Assembly (NCBI RefSeq): GCF_006345805.1
Contig: NC_043011.1
Coordinates: forward strand, 67,220,464 to 67,284,463
Source of the DNA: Octopus sinensis
Lineage: Eukaryota
Direction: 5' to 3'
DNA length: 64,000 bases
Both the position numbers and the translations under genes were made by a program. Under the pieces are notes generated by a model. It ran no database searches, was not told the origin of the DNA, and worked only from the letters and a program-made list of their open reading frames with translations. Below, piece after piece: positions 26,823-38,967 of the stretch; position 1 is the first letter of the stretch; each line of letters opens with the position of its first letter.

Positions 26823-27248
26823 TATATATATATATATTATATATATATTATATTATATACATATATATACATATATATATGCGAAGGTTTTCTTTCAGTT
26901 TCAGTCTACCAAATCGACTCACAAGGCTTTCGTCGGCTCGCAGAAGATATTTGCCTAAGGTGCCATGTAGTGGGACTGAACCCAGAACCATGTGGTTCGT
27001 AAGCAAACTACTTACCACACAGCCATTCGCGCGCGTATGATCTATATGATATATGAATATTGGCATTTATATATATATATATATATATATATATGATTGA
27101 TTGATTGATTGATTCTAGTTTCAGCTCACGAGCTGTGGCCATGCTGGGGCACCGCCATTTGGTGTTGCTACATGGTTTTACTTCACGAATGCTTTTTAGC
27201 AACTGCCATTTGGTGCATGAGAGAGTTCGATATATATATATATATTAT

Positions 27249-27302
<54 letters not shown>

Positions 27303-27305
<3 letters not shown>

Positions 27306-27703
27306 TTTACTTGTTTCAGTCATTGACTGTGGCCATGCTGGAGCACCGCCTTTAGTCGAGCAAATCCGGGACTTATTCTTTGTAAGCCCAGTACTTATTC
27401 TATCGGTCTCTTTTGCCGAACCGCTAAGTTACGGGGACGTAAACACACCAGCATCGGTTGTCAGGCAATGCTAGAGGGACAAATACACACATACAAACAT
27501 ATACACACAGATACATATATATATATATACATATATACGACATGCTTCTTTCAGTTTCCGTCTACCAAATCCACTCACGAGGCATTGGTCGGCCCGGGGC
27601 TATAGCAGAAGACACTTGCCCAAGATGCCACGCAGTGGGACTGAACCCGGAACCATGTGGTTGGTTAGCAAGCTACTTACCACACAGCCACTTCTGCGCA
27701 TAT
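27303..27703 (-). mobile_element. Full-length tRNA-derived SINE family A (empty target site)
   Basis: On the minus strand: A box TGGCTGTGTGG, B box GGTTCAGTCCC, body, internal CA/TA repeat, tail ...GTAAAAGA. Head intact: TTAGCAAGCTACTTACCACACAGCC. Confidence 0.92.
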
Positions 27704-28031
27704 ATATATATACGCATATTTGTATATATGTGTGAGTGTGCGCGTGCGTATGAATATGCGTTTGCGTGTCACCTTAAGAGTGTCGCTCACTTTACAAGAT
27801 ATTAATCGAGTGTTTACTGGAGTGCAATACTCATTTCAATCGTATGTAAATTTAGCCCAGGCTTAACTCGTCCAAACAAGAGAAAGGGACATGGAGAGGT
27901 GCATAACAAGCGATGCCTATATGTTATGAACTTGCGTAAATAAAACTAGTAATGAGATCATCCTTACCGATGTGTGTGTGTCTGAGTGTGTATGTGTGTG
28001 TGTGCGTGTGTGTGTGTCTGAGTGTGTGTGT

Positions 28032-28067
<36 letters not shown>

Positions 28068-28609
28068 ATAGCTACTTGTCTTAATATGTATTTACTCATC
28101 AAATATATTTTCAAATGCTATGAATGCTTCATTTGATATATATAACATCAACATACGAACATGTGACCGCTGGAATGTACAGACAAGCTTCTCAAAGACA
28201 ACGCTTCGATTATAACCACTTCTGCTCTTCTACACACGCGCGCGCGCGCAGATATATGCGTGTGTGGATGTCTGTGCATGTGCGTGTGTGGCACAGAATC
28301 TCTCAAGATGCCATTATCTAAGATTTAAGCAATCTTAATAAGATTACCTATAAAATAAACCAAGCATTATGAAAATAAGTACTCAACATATACAATGATT
28401 CCTCAAATGCTTTCAAATTTACATGTATGACGGATAGCTCAAAATACAGAGACTCGAAGACGTAAAAAAAGTTCAGAGACTATCATCAGTAGTCAAACGC
28501 ATATTACCATATTTTCGACCCCTGAGGAGTACCATAAATCAACTGCTGTCTAGTAGCCAATAGAAATCAGGAGCGAAACGTTAGTGTAATGTTTCTATCT
28601 AACTAGTAC

Positions 28610-31289
28610 TCTCTTTTTTATTCTTTTTACTCTTTTACTCTTTTACTTGTTTCAGTCATTTGACTGCGGCCATGCTGGAGCACCGCCTTTAGTCGAGCAA
28701 ATCGACCCCGGGACTTATTCTTTGTAATCCCAGTACTTATTCTATCGGTCTCTTTTGCCGAACCGCTAAGTGACGGGGACGTAAACACACCAGCATCGGC
28801 TGTCAAGCAATGGTAGGGGAAACAACAGACACACAAACCATACACACACATACATATATATATATACATATATACGACAGGCTTCTTTCAGTTTCCGTCT
28901 ACCATCCACTCACTCACAAGGCATTGGTCGGCCCGGGGCTATAGCAGAAGACACTTGCCCAAGATGCCACGCAGTGGGACTGAACCCGGAACCATGTGGT
29001 TGGTTAGCAAGCTACTTTATTTCAAAACATTTGCCATAAAGGCAGTACACAGATCAAGTTAGCTTTGCGGGCTGGACGAGGACATTAATGAGGTGAATGA
29101 TAATGAAAGAAGGATGATAAGGATGGGAGAAGACAAAAAGCGCCCGCCGGCTTTCGCTTCTCTAAAACATTGTTCTTTTTAAGGATAAACACAGAACGAG
29201 GTATTAAACCTCTTACAATTTTTCCAATTTTTGGGCTTAGCAGTCCATTATTAATACAAAACGAGGTATTAATCCTCTTACAATTTTTTAATTTTTGGAC
29301 TTAAGTCAATTACTAATAATACATATCGTCCTCGAAATAGCTTGTGCCCGCGCCCTCCACCATCAACCACGCCTCCCTCAGAACGTAATCAAGTTCCGAG
29401 TTCGCGTCGCCCGGGACCAAGTTATAATCTTCATTGAGCTCCTTTAGCCCAAGCGTCACGTCGAACGCCACGGCCTCCACAGCTACCTGCGGAGGCCATT
29501 CGGGGTCCTGTGTGAAGGCTAAAGGTGCTCCCTTGTAGTGCTCTACCATCACTTTTTCAATTTCTCCTCCTCTATAGAAGAGGACCAATACGTTCAGTTC
29601 TTTCGTTGGCGGCACAGTTCCCGCCAACGGTATTCCTTCTCTTGTCGGTGGCACAACCCCAACCGACGTAGTTCCGGGACATTCCGGTGCTACACTGACA
29701 GCCGGTAATGTCCCGTTTTTCTTCCTCTTTTTCTTTTTTTTTCCTTTTCAACTGAGGGAGGGTGCGTCTCCTCCGTGGCTGGAAGATTCGCCTTCCTTTC
29801 CTCATCCCTATTATCCTTTGGTGAGCACCCATTGTTGCTCACCTTCCTCTTTCGGCCTCTGTTTGAGGAGTCCTCTGCTTACTCGGCCGTTATCGTTCCC
29901 TCTTCTAGAGGGGTTTTACTTAACTGTTCCGGGATCCTATTTTGTTCCCGAGGACAGTTCTTCTTTATGTGGCCGGACTCCAAGCACCGATGACACTTAG
30001 GGGCGCGACCCTCAAGCATCACCGGGTACCTGCACCCGGCCATTTTCAAAAAATCTGGAAGAACCAGATTGGCTGATTGGGTCCACAGGGTCAAAATTGC
30101 TTTTGACCCAACCCAAGCAGCCGCAGGAAGAATTTTTACATTGAGGAGCTTAGTTTCGCTGTCATCCAGACCCCGGCGGATAGTCTCCTCTATCCACTCG
30201 GGTTCTATGTCGGGTGGCAATCCGCAGATCCAAGCTTTCATCAATTTTTTTTTGTGTACGTGGGCAGGAATAAGATTTCCTTACCCTCCAGGGGTTTGCT
30301 AGCAAATTTGCAAGCCTCTTCAGGGGTGTCAAATAGCAACCACACCGTTGCATATTTAACACCCCTGGAAATGAATTTAATTGTTGGCAAATACTCTTCC
30401 AACTCCTCCTCAATTGCCGTCTTTTCGAATAGGGCGATGGTGTCGAGTGCCTTGGAGTAGGTTCTCAACACCACCGTCCTATCTTCACGGTCTTTTAGCC
30501 ACTTTTTAGGTGGTATGATTTCCCCTTCCAAAATTTTGTTATTTTTCATTGCCATGTTTTTTTTTAAATATATTCAAATTAAACTCAAAAAGCAGGAAGA
30601 AAAAAGTTCAAAAGTCCAAATAAAATTTGATCGATTTTTGAAAAAACAAAAAGGAGAAAGCACAACAGAAGGGAAGAAATCAACGGAAAGTCGCAATAAA
30701 GAACAAAAAAACAAAAGGGAGGGTTAAATGAAGTTCAAAAAAAAGTTAATAAACAGAAAAAACACAGCAAAAATATTCTGGCCTTACGGTACTCCCGGCC
30801 TGGGTTGAACCTGGAACGCCGCAACTGCAACACAACCTCCACAAAAATGGGTCCGAAAGGTAATCCAATAGTGGCTTATTTTTATAATTTTCTTGCGAAG
30901 TAGTAGTTTTCACAATTCATAAAAGTTCTTCACAGCACAATACAATTCACACAATTACGTGAGAAAATTATTTACTCAATTTATCGAAGACGAATACGCC
31001 CCCCAAAAATCTCACAATTCAGCGACAAAAATATATTTGCCCCATGTCGGCAGAATCAGAATTCTGGATCCAGTAAGACTTCCTTCCTGTAAAAAACAAT
31101 TCTCAACAAAAACTCCCACTGGACCCAGAAAACAGAATCTTACCTTACATGGGGCTTCCAAAGTTTTCAATTCAAGGAGGCTTCAAAAGCACGTCTTCAC
31201 CGCTTCAGTGCCAAACACAACACTGACTCGCACATGCGCAGAAGCAACCGTTAGCAAGCTACGTACCACACAGCCACTCCTGCGCCTAT
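28610..31289 (-). mobile_element. SINE family A (28610..29015 plus 31250..31289) interrupted by a 2.2-kb insertion
   Basis: The two parts join into a complete SINE once one copy of GTTAGCAAGCTAC and the insert are removed. Confidence 0.92.
29016..31249 (-). mobile_element. ORF1-only (half-L1-like) non-autonomous retroelement, 2234 bp, 13-bp TSD
   Basis: TSD GTTAGCAAGCTAC at 29003..29015 and 31250..31262. About 690-bp 5' UTR. ORF1 30555..29313 (about 414 codons, two A-run frameshifts and one TAA) with the knuckle CHRCLESGHIKKNC. About 300-bp 3' UTR ending AATAAA. No EN or RT motifs. Confidence 0.88.
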
Positions 31290-31321
31290 TTGATGAGTAA
31301 ATACATATTAAGACAAGTAGC

Positions 31322-31363
<42 letters not shown>

Positions 31364-31887
31364 CACACATATTTATCAATCTATCAACTTGTCTATCTAT
31401 CAATCTGTGCTTATAGATATGCATGCATATACGGATGGATGGATGGATGGATGGATGGATAGATGGATCGATGGATCGATGGATGGAGGGAGGGATGGAT
31501 GGATGGATGGATGGGTAGTTGGATGAACTGCTACCTAGCTAGCGAGCATCTGCTAGTCGGCAATGACTCATTATGCCATAATTGGGACGGAAGGCATCAC
31601 CACTTGTCTGCATGGTTAATTCCTGACTCACACCAGTAAGGCCGTGCGATAAATATGCTTTTATACATGCCAAAATATTGGAATATATGTTCTTGTGTGT
31701 GTGTGTACATGTATGTATATGTATATTAATAATAAATAGTAAATAATATAATTACATATATGGGTGCAGGACGTCACCAGCGGTTCAAACAACAATAGGT
31801 CAAAAACACGAGAAACCATGGAGAACAGGACAAGTAAACACAGAGAAGCGAGCCTTCGTCAGTTGTTGGTTGTCTACTCATCTCCAG

Positions 31888-32275
31888 AGTGGAGGCGCAA
31901 TGGCCCAGTGGTTAGGGCAGCGGACTCGCGGTCGTAGGATCGCGGTTTCGATTCCCAGACCGGGCGCTGTGAGTGTTTATTGAGTGAAAACACCTGAAAG
32001 CTCCACGAGGCCCCGGCAGGGGATGGTGGTGATCCCTGCTGTACTCTTTCACCACAACTTTCTCTCACTCTTACTTCCTGTTTCTGTTGTACCTGTATTT
32101 CAAAGGGCCGGCCTTGTCACTCTCTGTGTCACGCTGAATATCCCCGAGAACTACGTTAAGTGTACACGTGTCTGTGGAGTGCTCAGCCACTTACACGTTA
32201 ATTTCACGAGCAGGCTGTTCCGTTGATCGGATCAACCGGAACCCTCGTCGTCGTAACCGACGGAGTGCTTCTAAA
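31888..32275 (+). mobile_element. Young tRNA-derived SINE family D with a 12-bp TSD
   Basis: A box TGGCCCAGTGG and B box GGTTTCGATTCCC. TSD ACTCATCTCCAG at 31876..31887 and 32276..32287. Confidence 0.92.
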
Positions 32276-32567
32276 ACTCATCTCCAGTATTCAACGACAA
32301 CATGAATTTTCAAAAACAGTTGGTCACATAAATTCTAAAATTTATAAAATTTAGGGTTTATGGAGGGTCAAAGTTGGGAAGAAAAACATGACAGGGGAGA
32401 TATACAAGGAACCCGAAAGAAAACAAACATGAAGGGTCGTTAGACCAAAACCAGAGGAAAATAGCGAATGTTGTGAGAAATATTTTTTTGAAAAAAGGAA
32501 AGGTAGAAGAGAGAGAAAACAACGTCCGCTCTTTTGAACGACCGAGCAGGAAGATATATACACACAC

Positions 32568-32649
<82 letters not shown>

Positions 32650-32818
32650 TTACATATATACGATACGTATGAATGATTAATGTGTTCGATATTTTTCTAT
32701 CCCAGGTTTCATATTTATGTATCAAAATCTTGTGTTACATATATCTAAAACTTCATACGTATACACACACGCATATATACATACACACACACACACACCA
32801 CACACACACACACACACA

Positions 32819-32918
<100 letters not shown>

Positions 32919-34026
32919 ATATGTTTGTGTGTATGTATATATATATGTGTGTGTGTGTGTGTATGTATATATATATATATAGTATACATTTATATATGTA
33001 TGCATATATATTTGTATATATATATATATTTTTTTTTTTATATGTATTTATTATATGAACATATTTATAATGTTTCATATGTACTTGTATGTGTCTATGT
33101 GTGTGTCTTGCCTCTGTGAGAATATGTTTATATCCATAAGCATTATGTACAATGATTTGTATACATATCTGCTCTCGTTATATATGTATTTCCATATATA
33201 TTTAAATATATACAAACAACTTGTGTGTGATTTGTTTTTGTGTGTATGTGTGCATATGTATTTGTGTATGTGTGTGTGTCTGTGCGTATGTCTGTGTGCG
33301 TGTCCGTGTGTGTGTGTTTGTGTCTGTTTTTACTATTGGGGTATTTGAGTATGTGTGGTGTGTGAAGGTATACATAAATAAACAGACCGCATGTACATGT
33401 AGGCAAATACATTGTGTACATCGCTGTTTGCGTTTCTTTGATATATCAACATGAGAAGTTGGAAACATTGAAAAAAAACTCATATTTATGTGCGTGTAAA
33501 GCGCCACTGATAAATGCCAATATGATACACATATTATAAAGCCTTTCATATCGGACCATTAGGAAACCAGAAAATTTTATCTTTTTGAACAAAAAATTTT
33601 TAATAGTTTTTCCTTGTTTATGTTTTTATCGATAATACTAATAATGAAAATGCTCCTGAGCTTCAAAAGACAATATTACGTCCCAAATAAAGTCGTATTA
33701 TAATTTAAAGCTGCCATTTTGCACATAGATTGTCTCATGAATTTTGTCATTTAAGGCTATTATTTTGGAAGATAATGTATGAAGGGGGTAGGTAGGGAAG
33801 ATACTGTAAATATAGGTTTACATATACATACGTGTGTGTATGTAGGTATGTATGTATATATATATATATATATATGTACATACGTACATACATATATACA
33901 TACATATACGTATATGTATACATATATATGTAAATATATGTATATATATATACGTACATATATATAAATGTATCCATATATGCATATATATATGTATATA
34001 TATATATGTTATATATATATATATAT

Positions 34027-34062
<36 letters not shown>

Positions 34063-34086
34063 TAAACATGTATATATATATATGCT

Positions 34087-34177
<91 letters not shown>

Positions 34178-35076
34178 GGGGTTGTATTATGCATACACTA
34201 TCCACACGTACACATACAAACAAAAATACATCCATGCACATACATACACAGACGCATACACGTATATATATACACATATACGTAGATATATATATATATA
34301 TACCTACGTATATGTGTGTGAGTATACTATATCTATATGTGTGTATGTGGAGTATGGTTGTATTTTATGTATGTACATAGAAATATAGAAATATTGATGC
34401 ATGTTTATATACACATATCTATATGTATGTGTATCTAGTGTGGATGTATATATTTGCTCACAGACACACACATAAACATGGATACGTATATCTTTAATTA
34501 AATATATGTGTGCGTGTATGCATGTCCGTATTTATATATGTATATGTATGTGTGTATGTTTGCTTGTGTATGTAAGATCTGGAGATTATTAACTGGAAGA
34601 TTATATGAATGGGTAGAAGTAATATCAATTGAAAATCAGGACAGGTTACAAGGTAACGCTTTCACACTTTCCTTATCTCATTATAATGGCAATGGCTCAA
34701 ACAATTTTCAACATTTTTTAACTAACATAAAAGAGGAACATTACATTAAAATCAACAAGTGGTACTGTTTAGCATCATCATTCTTTAATGTTTTGTTTTT
34801 CCAAGTCAAGGTTGATGGTAGTATTGTGAGAGCGTTGGAAATTAGATGTTGATATACTGATTTATATCTCATCACAGAGTTCAAATACTGTCTAGTTTGT
34901 ATTTGTCTTTCATCCTTCTGTGGGTTGATAACAATGTCCACCTTTGAAGTAGCTTTTATTCACAATTCGTCAGTTTCTCTTCTTAACAATATGTTATTTT
35001 GTGCGTGTGTGCTGCAGCCTTTCTGAATCACATCCTTTGCATGTTTATAAACAATTTAGCGATAGTAGTAGTAGTA

Positions 35077-35125
<49 letters not shown>

Positions 35126-35126
<1 letters not shown>

Positions 35127-35481
35127 CAGCAAAATGTGGAACCTGAAGACTAAAACAATACCTGTTGTCATAGGTGACCTGGGAATGATTGTAAAAGGGG
35201 CTGATTGCTACCTAACTCAGATACTAGGAAACCCCAAAACTGCAGAAATTCAAAAGATAGTGCTCATGGGAACTGCTCATATCCTACGCAAAATACTTTC
35301 TATGTAATCTCAAGGTTTAAAACAAACATTTTTTTTTTGTTCGACATCTACTAGTACAACACCAAAAAAAAACAACCAATTAGGCATAACAACAACGTGA
35401 ATTTCCAACCTGTTGTCTCCTGAGGTCTCTGGGTGAGACTTGGAGCCAACTTGTACAAATATAAAGCAAAAGTCAAACATA

Positions 35482-35482
<1 letters not shown>
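35126..35482 (+). mobile_element. R4/Dong 3' fragment, subfamily B, inside (TAA)n
   Basis: SKMWNLKTKTIPVVIG..GTAHILRKILSM*. The 3' UTR matches 10603..10790. Long (TAA)n on both sides. Confidence 0.92.
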
Positions 35483-35529
<47 letters not shown>

Positions 35530-35572
35530 CAACAATAATAATAATAATAATAATAACAACAACAACAACAAC

Positions 35573-35604
<32 letters not shown>

Positions 35605-35721
35605 TAATAATAATAATAATAATAATAATGATGATGATGATAATGATAATTTCCTTTATTTGTCCCGAGGACGGAGGATGAGGGGGCAATACAAAGACAG
35701 ACAAAGTGTTGGGGGCTTACA

Positions 35722-36350
35722 TACGAGGTCTGATCAATAAGTATCCAGACCGTTGCTATAGTAACGAAGCTAAAGTACGCAGAGTGAAGCCGCTTGGCAT
35801 AGACTGAGTTTGACCTCTGCTGTGTATGTGCACTAAGTTTTAACGTTCTAGCTCACTTCCGCTGCTTACAGTATTGTTTGGAAGGAAGGTATGTAGCGTG
35901 CGATCGTTTTATTTACCATGACAGAGAAGGTGGTCACAGCGATACCTGCCCAGAGGCCTACGCAAAGTTGCAGAAAGTGTATAAAGTGGAGTGTATGAGC
36001 TGCGTACATGTGTACGAGTGGTTCAGACGTTTCCAAAATGGCAGAACCAATGTCGATATTATCAAACGTTCTGGGAGACCTACAGCCAGCAGAACTAAGA
36101 AAAACATCGCAGACATTCCTGCAACTGTGAAGGGAAATCGTCGAATCGCCATTCGTGAGTTACCAGAAGATGTGCAGATTAGTTACGGTTCAGTCCAGTC
36201 CAGTATCACTAAAGATTTGGATATGAGACGCATGTCTGCCAAGTTTGTGCCAAAACTGCTTTCAGCTGACCAAAAAGACACTCGGATTTCAGTGGCACAA
36301 GATCTCCTTGGTTGTGTCAAGAACGATGAAAACATTTTGAAAACTTTACG
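35722..36350 (+). mobile_element. Mariner transposon 5' half
   Basis: TA + CGAGGTCTGATCAATAAGTATCC TIR-like start. AYAKLQKVY..VYEWFRRFQNGRT..RSGRP..AKFVPKLLS covers the HTH domains and the WVPHEL-equivalent linker. No right end seen. Confidence 0.88.
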
Positions 36351-36559
36351 TAGGCCTCTGAGCAGGTATCACCAGGATTTTGGCAAAAATTGATGCAGAT
36401 TCTGTGCTCTGTTTTCTCTGTCGTGGTCAATGAGACAGTTTTGTATAAATTTGATGATATTCTCCTGTCATTTTAATCCTTCCTCTAGGGGTTGATGTTA
36501 ATAACCCGTAAACATATTTTTCCTCATACATTCTGAGAAGTGAAAGTGAAGCAGATTCA

Positions 36560-36705
36560 GAATATTCTTTCTACTATTGGCACGATGCCTGAAATATTGA
36601 GGGGAGTGGGGAGCTAGTCGATTGCATCGGTCGCAGAGCAGAACTGGTAATTATTTTATCGGCCCCGAAAGAATGAAAAGCAAAGTTGTCCTTGGAAGCA
36701 TGTGA
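36560..36705 (-). mobile_element. SINE family B remnant
   Basis: TTCTTTCTACTATTGGCAC..ACTGGTAATTATTTTATCGGCCCCGAAAGAATGAAAAGCAAAG. Confidence 0.75.
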
Positions 36706-37821
36706 ATTAGTCTACCAGCTCGCTGCCCTTAATCTGACTTACATAATGATCCTGTAAGTTTCAAACCAAACTTGTCTTCGATGAGATTTGAACTGAGGAA
36801 GCAAAAAGTCACCACTTTTAGTGCAGTGGTTTTTCTACTTACATATTCACCACGCTAATATTCTTGGCAACTGCACCACCATACGGGTATGGAATTAATT
36901 AATATTATTGCGTTCGCTTCATTAAGTGTTTACAACTAGTTTTATTGTTTGCTAATTTTAAATCGCAAAAGAATCAATTTCAGCAAATATCACGCGAACG
37001 AGATGCGCCTCTTTCACGTTTGATCTCTCGAATATTATATTAGATATAAGATTTAATTAACCCGAAGTTCTTTCTAAATTTGAAGTTTGAGCTTTTTGAA
37101 CGTGATGTGTTTGTAGTGTTTGTGTTTACTTGATATTTTTCTTTGCTTTTCTTTTGTAATTGTTCTTTACTATCTTTCTCTAATGTCGTTAGTTTTTAGA
37201 TTAATAAGGATATAAACCAATAAGATTGATACGCTTCTAGCGATCGCGTGTCGACATTTATCTCCAAACACGGCTGTTAATTTGAAGGATGATCTTAAAC
37301 AAGAAAATTGATATACCAATGGAAGAAATTTATAAATAGTTACCAGCATAATGATGAGAAATGTCAACAGAAATGTTGCTTCCGACGTTAAGGTTCTAAA
37401 AATATAATTCATGATGTGAACCGAGAGACTTGCTTGTATCTATTTCTTTAACTTGCAAATATTATTGTAGACCTAATTTAATTTGGGTGCAAGAAAAAAC
37501 TAGACGAACAAAAGTTTGTGTGTGTTGCTTTGCTAATTGACAGGTCTGTTAAACAAATCCCTGCATATTCTCAGGGTAGTACAGGATATTTAAACCACCT
37601 GGCCTGGAATAAATTTGATCGAATTATTTCGTATATGATATATATGTGTGTGCGTATCTGATTATATATGTCTGGAATGTGAGGGAACATATGTAATATG
37701 TGTGAATATAACATCATGATATGTCATTAAAAGAGATTCCAAACATGTCAGTAGATCGTAATAATACAAGGATGCTAAATTATTACCAGAGAACGATATG
37801 TCTGCTATAAATAATAATAAT

Positions 37822-38012
37822 GTTTTCTACTATAGGCACAAGCCTTGAAATGCTGGTGACTGACTCGTCGATTACTCAACTAGTACTTATTTTATTGACC
37901 TCGAAGGGGATAAAAGACAAATTCGACATCGGCAGAATTTGAACTTAGAACATAAAGCCGTGCATTGAAGCACTTTGTCCAATGTCCTAACGATTCTGTT
38001 ACCTCGCCGCCA
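37822..38012 (-). mobile_element. SINE family B
   Basis: Ends CTAACGATTCTGTTACCTCGCCGCC, the reverse complement of the head at 1706. Confidence 0.8.
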
Positions 38013-38967
38013 TCATAATGATAATACAAAATGTTTAACTGTAACTAACCAAGTAGAGCCTACTTGCGTGCAAACTTACTATCGGAGTAGCAAATAGAAT
38101 TATATGATGCTTAGATGTGCGATAAAATTGTTGTTTCTCAATCACATAGTTATCGGAACAGTCTTCTTCCGCGACAGTTCTTGTGAAACATTTCTTTATT
38201 GATATATCTTCGAAGTAATCAGTAATTTCTTTTAGGATCGTAGACAGAATCTTTATCAGCTTATATTAACATGTCCTAATACGATAAGTATTTCACATAT
38301 ATTTGTTTTGTGCGATCCGTCGCTCTTTAACCAGCGTTTCCTATATAAATGAATGCCGCAGCCCTAAATAACATAACTAAATATCAAACTATTTTCAAAA
38401 TATATTTCTCACATTAGACGAACCAGAATGCGTTATATCTAGTATTGATATACCAAATCATTTATTTAGATATCCCTGTGTTAGATACTTAGCCATTAAA
38501 ACTGAGATCTTTGGGTATATTTTTTTTAAAATTAACAATGTGATTAGCATGTCTAATATGCTTTACGTTTGCTTTGATTTACTGCGTCGTTTCCACGTCA
38601 TCCATGGCAAGGATTGCCTAATCAGAAGTTATGTTATAATATTCGACATTCACTGATACCACTTTCTTCTTGAAACCTAGTTCATACGATAGACAGCCTG
38701 TCGGCCTTATTGAAGCAAATCCTCTTCAAGTATTATGCTGTGCTCTACATATTCTTATCTGTGATCTTTGAAGTTCTATTTTTAATTGTAGTCTGTATTC
38801 ATAATGTAGAATGATACCACAACACTAAATACCTCATCCTTAAGCTATGTGTAACACATCTGTGAAGACACTCTTCAAGTTAGACCGGTTACAACGTGTT
38901 AGTAATTAACATTACAAAACTGATATATCTATATGTATTTATAATGATTGATAAGTAAATATAAATA

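Larger units (their letters stand above)
25600..27035 (-). mobile_element. SINE family A split in two (25600..25800 and 26880..27035) by an insertion in its internal microsatellite
   Basis: Tail and body before the (TA)n; head (GGGACTGAACCCAGAACCATGTGG..CTTACCACACAGCC) after 26880. Confidence 0.8.

Noticed and set aside
31888-31965. tRNA gene
   Set aside because: It is the tRNA-derived head of a SINE with a body and TSD, and has no acceptor-stem closure.
34741-34960. Minus-strand ORF faintly like a Penelope RT C-terminal part (VDIVI..IQTRQYL)
   Set aside because: No catalytic motif is visible and the similarity is at chance level by eye. HMMER would be needed.
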